From: Roseibium sp.
GTDB taxonomy: Bacteria; Pseudomonadota; Alphaproteobacteria; Rhizobiales; Stappiaceae
Direction of reading: 5' to 3'
Length of the DNA: 64,000 bases
NCBI RefSeq assembly: GCF_965232425.1
Contig: NZ_OZ246971.1
Location: forward strand, 3,233,436-3,297,435
Positions 28,596-37,990 of the stretch are shown here, piece after piece (the stretch's first letter is position 1; every line of letters begins with the position of its first letter). A model generated the notes under the pieces. That model was not told the DNA's origin, did no database searches, and worked only from the letters and a program-made list of their open reading frames with translations. A program made the translations under genes and the position numbers.

Positions 28596-31031
28596 TTACA
28601 TGCGCATGCGTTCGGCTTGCGGATCGAACGGGGGATCGGGAAGGATGGTCGCCTTGCACATTTCGCCCAGGATTTCGATTTCAAACGCGCCTTCGCCGGT
28701 GTCTTCGGCAAGCTCTGCGGGGATGTATCCCTGGGCCAGAGACTTCTTCACCCAATGGGCGTAGCCGCCGGAGGTAATCCAACCGATGACCTTGCCGCCA
28801 TGCCAGACCGGTTCATCGCCCATGACGTCGGCATCTGAGGCGTCGACAGCAAAGCTGACGCGCCGCTTCGCAGGGCCTTGCTCGAATTCGGTTCTTGCGG
28901 CCTCCTGGCCGATGAAGCGGTTTTTCGACAGCTTCACGAACCGGCCGAGATCGGCTTCATACGGCCCGTAGATCGGACGGAATTCGCGGAACCAGGTGCC
29001 GAAATTCTTTTCAAGGCGCAGCGACAGCAGCGCCCGCATGCCGAAATTGCGGATGCCGAATTCGGCCCCGGCCTCCATCAGGGCCTCATACACCTGGCGC
29101 TCATATTCCGGCGTCATCCAGATCTCGTAGCCTAGGTCACCGGTATAGGTGATCCGGTTGACTTTGCACGGCGCATTGGCCACGTCCATTTCACGGAAGT
29201 CCATGAACCGGAAGGCCGTGCCCGATACGTTTTCTCCGGTGACTTTCTCAAGCACCTTGCGTGCATTCGGACCTGCGATGGAGAGACCGACCCAGCCGAG
29301 GTTGATCGCCTTCAAGGTCACCGACCCGTCTTCCGGAAGGTGCTTCTCGAACCAGCGCATGTGATAGACCTCGGCCTGCGAGGATCCGAACATGTAGAAC
29401 GTTTCATCGGAGGCGCGCGCGATGGTGAAGTCTCCGATCAGCTTGCCGTTTTCGTTGAGCATCGGTGTCAGCACGATGCGGCCGACCTTCGGCATGGTGT
29501 TGGTCATCAGCAACGACAGGTAGGCTTCCGCGCCAGGTCCGCTGATCTCGTATTTCGCGAAATTGGCGATTTCGGTGATGCCGACACTCTCGCGCACCGC
29601 GCGGCATTCGGCGGCGACATGCTCAAAGTCGTTGGAGCGGTGGAAGGAGAAGATATCCTTGGCCTCCACGCCCTCCGGCGCGAACCAAAGCGGCGTTTCG
29701 AGCGCCCAGCTGTCTCCCATCACAGCGCCCTCAGCCAGCATGCGGTCATAGAGCGGGGTGGTCTGATGCGGTCGGCCAGCCGGAAGTTCCTCGTTCGGGA
29801 AACGGATGCGAAACCGGCGGCGGTAGTTTTCCTGCACCTTCGCGTTGGTATAGGAGAGCGTCGCCCAGTCGCCGTAGCGGGCGACATCCATGCCCCAGAT
29901 ATCGTAGCCGGGATCGCCGTTGATCATCCAGTTCGCAAGTGTCAGCCCGACACCGCCGCCCTGGCTGAACCCGGCCATCACGCCGCAGGCGACCCAGTAA
30001 TTCCGGAGACCCCGGACCGGCCCGACGAGCGGGTTGCCGTCGGGGGCGAAGGTGAAGGGGCCGTTGATGATCTGCTTGATGCCCGCCGTCTGCAGCGCCG
30101 GGAAGTGCTCGAAGCCGACTTCGAGTTCCGGCGCGATACGGTCGAGATCCGGCGCGAGCAGTTCATGGCCGAAATCCCAGGGCGTCTCGCGCGGGCTCCA
30201 CGGACGGCAGTTCTGCTCGTAGGTTCCCAGCAGCATGCCCTTGCCTTCCTGGCGCGTGTAGATCTCGCCGCCGAAGTCCAGGATGCCGATCAGCTCCTTG
30301 CCCGTTGCCTCGTTGTGGGCGACGACCTCCGGCATTTCGTCGGTCAGCAGATACATGTGCTCCATCGCGAGTACGGGCAATTCGAGACCGACCATGCGGC
30401 CGCATTCGCGCGCCCACAAGCCGCCGGCATTGACGACATGCTCCGCCCGGATGGTGCCCTTGCTGGTGACGACGTCCCAGGTGCCGTCCGGCGTCTGCAT
30501 CAGCTCCTCGACCTTGGTGTGCCGGTAGACGGTCGCGCCGTTCACCCGCGCGGCCTTGGCATAGGCGTGGGTCGTGCCGGAGGGGTCGAGATGGCCTTCG
30601 ATCGGGTCCCAGAGCGCACCGATGAAGTGTTTTTCGTCGAGCATCGGGAACATGGCCTTGGCTTCCAGGACTGAGATCAGTTCCAGCTCCATGCCCAGAT
30701 ACCGGCCCTTGGCCTGGGCGAGGCGCAGAAAGTCCATGCGCTCGGGCGTGTCCGCCAGCATCACGCCACCGGTCAGATGCAGGCTGCAGGACTGGCCGGA
30801 AATCTCCTCCAGTTCCTTGTAGAGATCGACCGTGTAGCTCTGCAGCTGCGCGACATTGGGATCGCCGTTGAGCGTGTGGAAGCCCCCGGCCGCGTGCCAG
30901 GAAGATCCGGAGGTGAGCTCGTCGCGCTCGACAAGGACGACGTCCTTCCAGCCAAGTTTGGTGAGGTGGTAAAGAACACTGCAGCCGACAACGCCGCCAC
31001 CAATGACAACGACCTGAGTGTGAGTTTTCAT
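28596..31031 (-). CDS. Dimethylglycine-dehydrogenase-like FAD oxidoreductase fused to a GcvT (folate-binding aminomethyltransferase) domain
   Basis: 811 aa. It has the N-terminal VVVIGGGVVGCSVLYH, the covalent-flavin-type motif TSGSSWHAAGG, and a C-terminal GcvT-like region (RITYTGDLGYEIW...). Confidence 0.85.
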   Translation of the reverse strand: MKTHTQVVVIGGGVVGCSVLYHLTKLGWKDVVLVERDELTSGSSWHAAGGFHTLNGDPNVAQLQSYTVDLYKELEEISGQSCSLHLTGGVMLADTPERMDFLRLAQAKGRYLGMELELISVLEAKAMFPMLDEKHFIGALWDPIEGHLDPSGTTHAYAKAARVNGATVYRHTKVEELMQTPDGTWDVVTSKGTIRAEHVVNAGGLWARECGRMVGLELPVLAMEHMYLLTDEMPEVVAHNEATGKELIGILDFGGEIYTRQEGKGMLLGTYEQNCRPWSPRETPWDFGHELLAPDLDRIAPELEVGFEHFPALQTAGIKQIINGPFTFAPDGNPLVGPVRGLRNYWVACGVMAGFSQGGGVGLTLANWMINGDPGYDIWGMDVARYGDWATLSYTNAKVQENYRRRFRIRFPNEELPAGRPHQTTPLYDRMLAEGAVMGDSWALETPLWFAPEGVEAKDIFSFHRSNDFEHVAAECRAVRESVGITEIANFAKYEISGPGAEAYLSLLMTNTMPKVGRIVLTPMLNENGKLIGDFTIARASDETFYMFGSSQAEVYHMRWFEKHLPEDGSVTLKAINLGWVGLSIAGPNARKVLEKVTGENVSGTAFRFMDFREMDVANAPCKVNRITYTGDLGYEIWMTPEYERQVYEALMEAGAEFGIRNFGMRALLSLRLEKNFGTWFREFRPIYGPYEADLGRFVKLSKNRFIGQEAARTEFEQGPAKRRVSFAVDASDADVMGDEPVWHGGKVIGWITSGGYAHWVKKSLAQGYIPAELAEDTGEGAFEIEILGEMCKATILPDPPFDPQAERMRM

Positions 31032-31084
31032 GCGTCTGCTCCGGACTGACCGCCAGGGTGCGGCGGGGTCTTCAATAGGATGAT

Positions 31085-32677
31085 CTAGAAATCGGTGGGG
31101 ACACCGCCTTCGGCCTTGCGCCGCTCGACAAAGGCGGTGACTTCCTCGTCGATCGCGGGGTCGAGGGCCGGCTGCTCGTAAGCCTCGAGCGCTTTCTTGT
31201 AGAGCATGTTGGCCTTGTCATAGGCGATCGGACTTCCGGCCTCCGACCATGTCTCATAGTTGCGCCAGTCCGACACGATCGGCGGGTAGAAGGCGTCCTT
31301 GTAACGGGCCTGCGTGTGTTCGGTGCCGAAGAAATGGCCCGCAGGCCCCACGTCCTCGATCGCATCGACGGCAAGGGATGCCTCGGATACGTCCAGAGGG
31401 GTCAGGTATTCGGCGATCTTCTGCAGGAGGTCGATGTCGGCGATGAATTTCTCGAAGCCGGCACTCAGGCCGCCTTCAAGCCAGCCGGCGGCATGCTTGA
31501 TCAGATTGGCGCCGCCATTGATCGCGCCCCATTCCGACAGCGTCGTCTCGAGCGCCGCCTGATAGTCGACCGTATTGGCCGCGCAGACACCGGAGGAGCG
31601 GAACGGCAGCTTGTAGCGTCTTGCAAGCTGGCCGCTGACCAGTGCCGCCTTCATGTATTCCGGCGTGCCGAAAGCCGGTGCGCCGGACTTCATGTCGACA
31701 TTCGAGGTGAAGCCACCATAAATGACCGGTGCTCCCGGACGGACAAGCTGCGCGAAGGCAATGCCTGCCAGGGCTTCGGCGTTTTGCAGTGTCAAGGCAC
31801 CGGCGACGGTGACAGGTGCCATCGCGCCGGCAAGCGTGAAGGGCGTGACGACGGACACCTGCCCGGCCCTGGCCATCTCGATGATGCCTTGAAGCATGGG
31901 GGTGTCGAGGCGCAGCGGAGAGGACGTGTTGATCACGGTCAGCGTGCAGGGCGTGTCGACAAGTTCCTCGTGTGTCAGACGGTTGGCAATCCGGGCGAGT
32001 TCGATGCCGTCGTGGTTGCGTTCCTTGCCGAGCGAATAGAGATGGAGGGCCTTGTCGGTCAGGCGGATCGCGTCCGCGATGCAGTCCAGGTGCCGGATGG
32101 AGGCATGAAGGTCCACCGGTTCGACAGGGTAGCCGAGCGGCGCATGGATGATGTTGAAGAACTGGCCGAGTTTCAGGAGCTTCTGGAAGTCCTCCCTGTT
32201 GCCGGGCCTACGGCCGCCGTCGCGGTCGACGACATTGGGCGTGCTGGCAACGCAGGAGAACACGATCGCGTCGCCGCCGATCTGAAGGTCGTGGTTGCGG
32301 TTGCGGGCGCGAAGCGTGAATTCGGCGGGCGCCTTGGCGATCAGTTCCTCGACCATGGCGCGGTCCATGCGTACGCGGTCTTCGCCCGGTTTCACCTCGG
32401 CACCGGCGGCCTTGAGCATCGCCTTTGCTTCCTCGTGGAGGAAGTCCATGCCAATTTCTTCCAGCACGCGCATGGAGGCATCGTGGATCGATTCAAGTTC
32501 GTCTGCCGAAATCGCTTCGATCGGTTTGAAGATGTGCCGCGGCTGCCTGAAGGGTTTTTGCGGGAAGAGATCCGGTCCCGCCTTTTCGCCTCCGCCCCTG
32601 CGGCGGCGACCGCGCCGTGGGGTGGCCGTTTCTTTCAAGGCAACAGTGCCAGCTTCGTCCGTCATCCGATCCGCCAT
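31085..32677 (-). CDS. MttB-superfamily (trimethylamine methyltransferase-like) protein, non-pyrrolysine type
   Basis: About 530 aa from the ATG at 32677 (an alternative ATG is at 32665). It has the typical Arg-rich N-terminus (PRRGRRRRGGGEK), then IEAISADELESIHDASMRVLEEIGMDF and a TIM-barrel-length body. The reading frame is uninterrupted, with no in-frame TAG. Confidence 0.8.
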   Translation of the reverse strand: MADRMTDEAGTVALKETATPRRGRRRRGGGEKAGPDLFPQKPFRQPRHIFKPIEAISADELESIHDASMRVLEEIGMDFLHEEAKAMLKAAGAEVKPGEDRVRMDRAMVEELIAKAPAEFTLRARNRNHDLQIGGDAIVFSCVASTPNVVDRDGGRRPGNREDFQKLLKLGQFFNIIHAPLGYPVEPVDLHASIRHLDCIADAIRLTDKALHLYSLGKERNHDGIELARIANRLTHEELVDTPCTLTVINTSSPLRLDTPMLQGIIEMARAGQVSVVTPFTLAGAMAPVTVAGALTLQNAEALAGIAFAQLVRPGAPVIYGGFTSNVDMKSGAPAFGTPEYMKAALVSGQLARRYKLPFRSSGVCAANTVDYQAALETTLSEWGAINGGANLIKHAAGWLEGGLSAGFEKFIADIDLLQKIAEYLTPLDVSEASLAVDAIEDVGPAGHFFGTEHTQARYKDAFYPPIVSDWRNYETWSEAGSPIAYDKANMLYKKALEAYEQPALDPAIDEEVTAFVERRKAEGGVPTDF

Positions 32678-32904
32678 TGTTTCGCGATTTGCGGGTCTTG
32701 CGTCGCCGTGTGGCTTGACCGGCAAGATCGCAGGATGAGCCGACTGTAGCGGAGAGCCCTGTTTTTACGGGCAGTCTCAGAACGACGGCCTTTGCTTCAA
32801 CTCCGACATGCCGGACGCGCACCAGGTTCCATCAACAGACTTCTTTCAAAGTTAAGCTTGACGAACTGGAGCTTCACAGCGATCAGAGATCAGTCAAATG
32901 GAAT

Positions 32905-33837
32905 GTGGACCCAACCGGCGTGAACGAACGGCTCACCGATTCAGATCTTCTTGCCTTCCTCAAGGGCCTGTTGCCGGTCAAGGACTGGGGCAGCGCGCGC
33001 CTGCGCCCGCTTCCAGTCAACTACACCAGCCGTTTCTGGCGTCTCGACACGCCGGAACGGATCTTCGTGGTGAAGGAATTTTTTCCCGGCGCTGAAGTCA
33101 ATCCGCTTTATCCGACCTTGCCGGACCAGGAAGCCGAGGCGCTGACTTTCCTGGCAAGGTACGACCTTGCGCCTGCGCTGGAAACCTACACCCAAAGCCC
33201 GTCCGGAACCCCTTTGCTGGTCTATGGCTACGGGCCGCCGGTGACCGACCAGATCGATGTCGGTGAAGCCGCCGAGTTGATCGGCCGGATCGCCGAACTC
33301 AAGGAGCCGGTGCCCGGACATCGGGAAGTGCCGGCCGGATATCACGACGTCCTGGAAAACGGAGATGCGATGCTCGCCGCCATTCCGGACAGCCGGAAGG
33401 CCGTGAACCTCAAGCGGCTGAGGCCGGGTGACGATGCCGTCAAACGGCGGAAGATCAAGCGCGTGCTTGTGCATCGCAGTTTCTGCCTCGGGACGATCCA
33501 ATCGACCGAGGACGGGGCGCGCATGATCGACTGGCAATTCGCCGGGTATGGCGATCCGGTCGAGGACATTGCCGGCTTCGTGTCGCCGGGTCTCCTGAAG
33601 CTTTATGGATTGCATCCCCTGGTCGCCTATGCGGAAGAAATGTTCCTGAAGCACTATCCGAACCAGGAAACTGCCGAAAGGTTCCTGGAAGAGCGGAGCG
33701 CCTATCACTGGCGGCTGGCGGCCTATTGCCTGTTCCGGCATGAAACGCTCGGCCAGACCAATGCACCGGCCGCGCGCGCCTATGGGCGTGCGCTGGAAGA
33801 AGAGGTTGATCTGCTGCTCAGGCTCAGAAGCAAGTAG
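32905..33837 (+). CDS. Aminoglycoside/choline-kinase-fold (APH family) protein with a non-canonical catalytic loop
   Basis: 310 aa, GTG start. The fold markers are FVVKEF and MIDWQFAGYGDPVEDIA. The position of the HxDxxxxN motif reads VHRSFCLGT. Confidence 0.6.
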   Translation: MDPTGVNERLTDSDLLAFLKGLLPVKDWGSARLRPLPVNYTSRFWRLDTPERIFVVKEFFPGAEVNPLYPTLPDQEAEALTFLARYDLAPALETYTQSPSGTPLLVYGYGPPVTDQIDVGEAAELIGRIAELKEPVPGHREVPAGYHDVLENGDAMLAAIPDSRKAVNLKRLRPGDDAVKRRKIKRVLVHRSFCLGTIQSTEDGARMIDWQFAGYGDPVEDIAGFVSPGLLKLYGLHPLVAYAEEMFLKHYPNQETAERFLEERSAYHWRLAAYCLFRHETLGQTNAPAARAYGRALEEEVDLLLRLRSK

Positions 33838-33895
33838 TCTTTCGAAAAGTTTGCCGTGTAATCTTCCTGTCATGGACGGGCGATAACCGCAGGGC

Positions 33896-34951
33896 ATGTC
33901 CATTTCGGTTTCTTCAATTTCGAAATCATTCGGTCCGCACAGGGCTCTGAACGACGTGTCGCTCTCCATTGAGACGGGAACCTTCTTTGTCGTTCTGGGC
34001 CCGTCGGGCTGCGGGAAATCGACCCTGTTGCGCACCATCGCTGGCCTTGAGCCGATCGATGCGGGACGCATCGCGCTTGGCGGCAGCGAGGTTGCATGTA
34101 ACGGGTTCCATATGGCACCCGAGCATCGGCAGGTCGGTGTTGTCTTCCAGTCCTACGCCCTCTGGCCGCACATGAGTGTGTCCGGCAATGTCGCCTTTCC
34201 ACTCGAATCGGCAGGACAAAAGCGTGGTGACGTGTCTGCGCGGGTTTCGGATTGTCTGGAGACCGTATCCCTGACGGCCTTTGCGAGCCGAAAGCCGGCG
34301 GAGCTATCGGGCGGTCAACGTCAACGGGTGGCGCTTGCCCGTTGTCTCGCCCAGGGTGCGAAAACCGTTCTGATGGATGAACCGCTCGCCAATCTCGATC
34401 CCCATCTGCGCAGCGTCATGGAGGAAGAGCTGGCTGCGTTTCATGAAGCGAGCGGTGCCACGACCCTGTTCATCACCCATGACCAGCGTGAGGCGATGGC
34501 GCTCGCCGACAAGGTGGCGGTGATGTGGGACGGCGAGATCCTGCAGGTCGACGAACCTGACGCCATCTACCGCCGTCCGGGTTCCCTGCATGTTGCCGGA
34601 TTTATCGGGCGCAGCTCCCTGGTGCCGGTCCAGGTCGACGATGTGATCAGTGTGCAGGCGAAGGTGTCGCTTGGACGCAGCTCGATCCTGTCGGACTGCA
34701 CAGCCGGAACTGCGGTCGGACCCGCGACGCTTCTCATCCGGCCGGAGCATCTCGTTCCCGATGCCGAGACCCCGGATCTGGAGGGAACGGTTGTCCGCAC
34801 AGTCTACCGAGGCGGGGCCTGGGACGTGTTCGTCGCTGTCGACGGGCTCGAAGACCCGCTGCTTGTGACACTTCATGCCAAGGCAGTGGCGGGCGACGTC
34901 CTGCCGCTTGCGGTCACGCGCAGCTGGGTGCTGCCAGACCAGTGCCCATGA
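33896..34951 (+). CDS. ABC transporter ATP-binding protein (FbpC/PotA-like, with a C-terminal TOBE-type domain)
   Basis: Walker A GPSGCGKST, signature LSGGQRQRVALARC and Walker B LMDEPLANLD. 351 aa. Confidence 0.88.
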   Translation: MSISVSSISKSFGPHRALNDVSLSIETGTFFVVLGPSGCGKSTLLRTIAGLEPIDAGRIALGGSEVACNGFHMAPEHRQVGVVFQSYALWPHMSVSGNVAFPLESAGQKRGDVSARVSDCLETVSLTAFASRKPAELSGGQRQRVALARCLAQGAKTVLMDEPLANLDPHLRSVMEEELAAFHEASGATTLFITHDQREAMALADKVAVMWDGEILQVDEPDAIYRRPGSLHVAGFIGRSSLVPVQVDDVISVQAKVSLGRSSILSDCTAGTAVGPATLLIRPEHLVPDAETPDLEGTVVRTVYRGGAWDVFVAVDGLEDPLLVTLHAKAVAGDVLPLAVTRSWVLPDQCP

Positions 34952-34959
34952 TGCCGTTG

Positions 34960-36663
34960 TTATCGGTCCTTCCAGGGGATTGTCCCCGCCGGAACCCGGT
35001 CTGAAAGCGCGTTCATCGCCAGCATGATCACCAGGGTTGCTGCGACAACTGTCACGGACATGGCGGCTGCCAATGTGGTGTAGCCGCCGTCCTCATAGTT
35101 GAAGATCGTCGTTCCGATGGTTTCGTTGCCTGTCGACCAGAGGAGCGCCGAAACCGTGACCTCGTTATAGGCCGTCAGGAAGACCAGGATGGCGCCGGAG
35201 GCAGCAGACGGGGCTGCAAGCGGGGCGAATATGCGTCTCATCCGGGTGAAGAAACCGGCACCGGATACCCGCGCTGCATCTTCAAGGGACCCGTCCATCT
35301 GGAGGAAGGCGGCCAGAACCGGTTTCAGGCCGACCGCCAGAAACACGGAGACATAGGCGATCAGGATGATCCACAAGGTGCCGTAGAGCGAGACATTGAG
35401 AACCGGCACCGGGCGGATGAATGCCAGGATGAACGCAATCGACATCACCAGTCCCGGCACCGCGAATGCGATTTCGGACTGAGTCAACGCAAGTCCTGCC
35501 CATTGGCGATGTGCCCGTCTCCTGTGGGTCAGGAAGTAGCCGAGCAACAGACTTGCCGCCGCGATGACGAGCGCTGCAATGCCGGCAATCAGTGTGGAGT
35601 TAGCAAAGGCCCTCAAGGTGACCGACTGCCGCCAGACGACTTCCACGAAATTCTCCAGGGTCAGCGTGTCCAACCCCGGCGGCAATCCGTAGGTCCGGAC
35701 CAGGGACGTTGCGATCAGGGATGCCGCCGGCAGAAGCAGAACCAGGGCAACGAAGCCCCAGAGGAGCGCCTCGATGTAAGGTCGTTTCCGTCCGAGAGAA
35801 ATGGCAAGAGGATCCTGCGGCAGCCCGATCAGGCTGGCACGCATGCGCCTTTGCAGAAGGCTCTGGATCATGATGGCCAACAGCGCGACCACTGCGAGGA
35901 TGACGGAAATCACTGCGACATTCGGCAGGATATCCGGTCCGAAGCTTGCCAGGCGGCGCCAGACCAGGACCGGCAGCGTGGTGTAGCGCGCCGGAATGCC
36001 GATGAGCGCGTTGATGCCGAAATTGCCGAGCGCCGCGACAAAGGCAAGGGCGAAGCCGGCAAGCAGGTAAGGGCCGAGGAGTGGCAACGTGATCCGGCGC
36101 AACAAGGTCCAGGTTCCGGCACCGGATATGCGGGCGGCATCCGACAATTCCCGCGGAAACGATCTCAAGGCAGCACGTACAAGCAGAAAAACGAGGGGGC
36201 TGTTCTGAAGCGTGAGAAGAAGCACGAGCCCTTCGCGGGAATAAAGGGGGTGGGTGGAGCCGAGTTCCGGCGAAATCCCCAGCCAGCGCAGAACCGGGCT
36301 GGCCGGCCCAAGCGCCTGGATCCAGGCTATTGCCGTCACGTGCGGGGGGATCATCATCGGTAGAAGAAGCAGGAAGACCAGCAAACCTTTGGCCCGGATG
36401 TCGGTCAGGCCGACAAGAAGGGCGAGCAGGGTTCCGAGCATCGTTGCTGCAAGTGCGGACAGAAAACTGCTTTCGATCGAGTTCCACAGGGCGCGTTGCA
36501 CGGAACGGTTCTGGATCGCTTCAAGCAATGGTGCCAGGTCCAGCCCGGTTTCCCCGGTCAGGCCGGTCCTGAATAGCAGGAGAAGCGGGAGGCCGCAGAT
36601 CGCCGTTGCACCGGCGACGAGCGCGGCAAGGGTTGCTTTTTCCGAGGGCGAAGACGTTTGCAA
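34960..36663 (-). CDS. Two-domain ABC permease (Fe3+/thiamine-type, FbpB-like), TTG start
   Basis: 567 aa with about 12 TM segments and a duplicated permease architecture. It is convergent with the ATPase gene and downstream of the binding-protein gene. Confidence 0.8.
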   Translation of the reverse strand: MQTSSPSEKATLAALVAGATAICGLPLLLLFRTGLTGETGLDLAPLLEAIQNRSVQRALWNSIESSFLSALAATMLGTLLALLVGLTDIRAKGLLVFLLLLPMMIPPHVTAIAWIQALGPASPVLRWLGISPELGSTHPLYSREGLVLLLTLQNSPLVFLLVRAALRSFPRELSDAARISGAGTWTLLRRITLPLLGPYLLAGFALAFVAALGNFGINALIGIPARYTTLPVLVWRRLASFGPDILPNVAVISVILAVVALLAIMIQSLLQRRMRASLIGLPQDPLAISLGRKRPYIEALLWGFVALVLLLPAASLIATSLVRTYGLPPGLDTLTLENFVEVVWRQSVTLRAFANSTLIAGIAALVIAAASLLLGYFLTHRRRAHRQWAGLALTQSEIAFAVPGLVMSIAFILAFIRPVPVLNVSLYGTLWIILIAYVSVFLAVGLKPVLAAFLQMDGSLEDAARVSGAGFFTRMRRIFAPLAAPSAASGAILVFLTAYNEVTVSALLWSTGNETIGTTIFNYEDGGYTTLAAAMSVTVVAATLVIMLAMNALSDRVPAGTIPWKDR

Positions 36664-36749
36664 GGGGATGAGCAGTACGACTTGTGGAATGAAAGCACGT
36701 CAGCGCAGCTTTGGCCGCGCTGACGCGTGAATTTTCAAGCTTGCCAAGA

Positions 36750-37730
36750 TCAGCCGCCGAAGATCTCCGTGAACTTGATCTTGTTGGCCTGGTCCTGTTC
36801 CAGCGCTGCAGCCGGGTCGAACTCCATGAGCTTGATTTCGTCGCGAGCAGGAAAGCCTTCCGGGGCCGCGACAGCCGGGTGTGCCGGCAGGTAGCCCTGG
36901 GAAGAGGCAAGCTTCTGGCCGTCTTCTGAAATCAGGAAATCGACAAAGGCCTTTGCGGCGTCCGGGTTCTGTGCGGTGGAGAGGATCGCAACCGGCTCGG
37001 TCACCGCGGAAACGCCTTCTTCGGGAAAGACGAACTCAACCGGAGCGCCTTTGAGTTTTTCGCGGATCGGCAGGAAATCGACAACGAAGCCGTAGAGTTT
37101 CTCACCGCCTGCAATCGCCTTGTAGGTGCCGCCGTTGCCACCCTTCGGGTTGGCGCCCTGATCTGCAAGTCCCTCGTAATAGGCCCAGCCGAGGTCCGGA
37201 TTCGAGGTCAGGGCTGCCATGTGAATGGTTGCCGCACCGGAGGTGAGCGGGGACGGCATGGCCAGCTTGTCCTTCGCCTCGGGCTTCAGAAGGTCCTTGT
37301 AGGACGTCGGCTTCATCGGCGCATTGATGTTGTAGACAATGCCGCTGGTGATCAGCTTGGTGGAGAAATAGGTCTTGTCGCCGTCCATGATGGCCGGGTC
37401 GTAAGCCGAGACATCTGCGCCCTCATGCGCCATCAGCCGGCCTTCCTTCTTCAGGCCTTCCATGGTGACCATGTCGGCGATCAGAAGCACATCCGGTTTC
37501 GGTGCGCCGGCCTCGAACTCCGCGCGCAGCTTTGCCATCATCTTGGTGGTGCCGTCACGGACCCACTCGACTTCGACACCCGGATGTTTTGCGGTGAACG
37601 CGTCAACGGTCGCCTGCGCATCGGCGTTCGGCTGCGACGTGTACAGCACCAGTTTTCCGGAAACATCGTCCGCGAAGGCAGGCGTGGATGCCATGGCCAG
37701 AAGGCCGGCTGCGATCAACATGTTCTTCAT
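36750..37730 (-). CDS. Periplasmic substrate-binding protein of a Fe3+-type (FbpA/AfuA-like) ABC transporter
   Basis: 326 aa with signal peptide MKNMLIAAGLLAMASTPAFA, followed by LVLYTSQPNADAQATVDAF, typical of this SBP family. The substrate cannot be determined from sequence. Confidence 0.75.
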   Translation of the reverse strand: MKNMLIAAGLLAMASTPAFADDVSGKLVLYTSQPNADAQATVDAFTAKHPGVEVEWVRDGTTKMMAKLRAEFEAGAPKPDVLLIADMVTMEGLKKEGRLMAHEGADVSAYDPAIMDGDKTYFSTKLITSGIVYNINAPMKPTSYKDLLKPEAKDKLAMPSPLTSGAATIHMAALTSNPDLGWAYYEGLADQGANPKGGNGGTYKAIAGGEKLYGFVVDFLPIREKLKGAPVEFVFPEEGVSAVTEPVAILSTAQNPDAAKAFVDFLISEDGQKLASSQGYLPAHPAVAAPEGFPARDEIKLMEFDPAAALEQDQANKIKFTEIFGG

Positions 37731-37990
37731 CTGACTAATCCTTTGAGCAAAGCCGCTGGAGGATGCGGGTGCAAAGGTGGTTAGCAGGCTTATGTGACAG
37801 TCTTTTTCGATCGCCGGGGAGAATCACGGGATCGGGTCGTTTTCCGGATTCCGGTTTCAGGTTTTCGTGATCGGCCGCAAGATACGGGATGCCTGTACCG
37901 CGATCCTCGCTTGCAGCCATTGCCCGGAAGAGACGGGTCGGCTATCACCTCGTAACGACAATTTAAATCGATCTGAGAAAGGCTTCCTTG

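Noticed and set aside
27176-28711. Longer 511-aa form of the M24/DddP-like ORF
   Set aside because: The extra 53 N-terminal codons are Lys/Arg/Pro-rich and overlap the stop region of the upstream gene. The ATG at 28552 has a strong GGAGGAGGTG RBS.
31085-32725. Pyrrolysine (in-frame TAG) in the MttB homologue
   Set aside because: The reading frame is continuous with no internal TAG, so this is a non-Pyl family member.
37741-37980. Possible TPP (THI-box) riboswitch upstream of the Fe3+/thiamine-type binding-protein gene
   Set aside because: The minus strand contains AACCTGAAACCGGAATCCGG, which is vaguely like the P4/P5 region. However, the conserved GGGGUGC and CUGAGA elements and the AGGGA closing segment are absent. 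The resemblance is insufficient.
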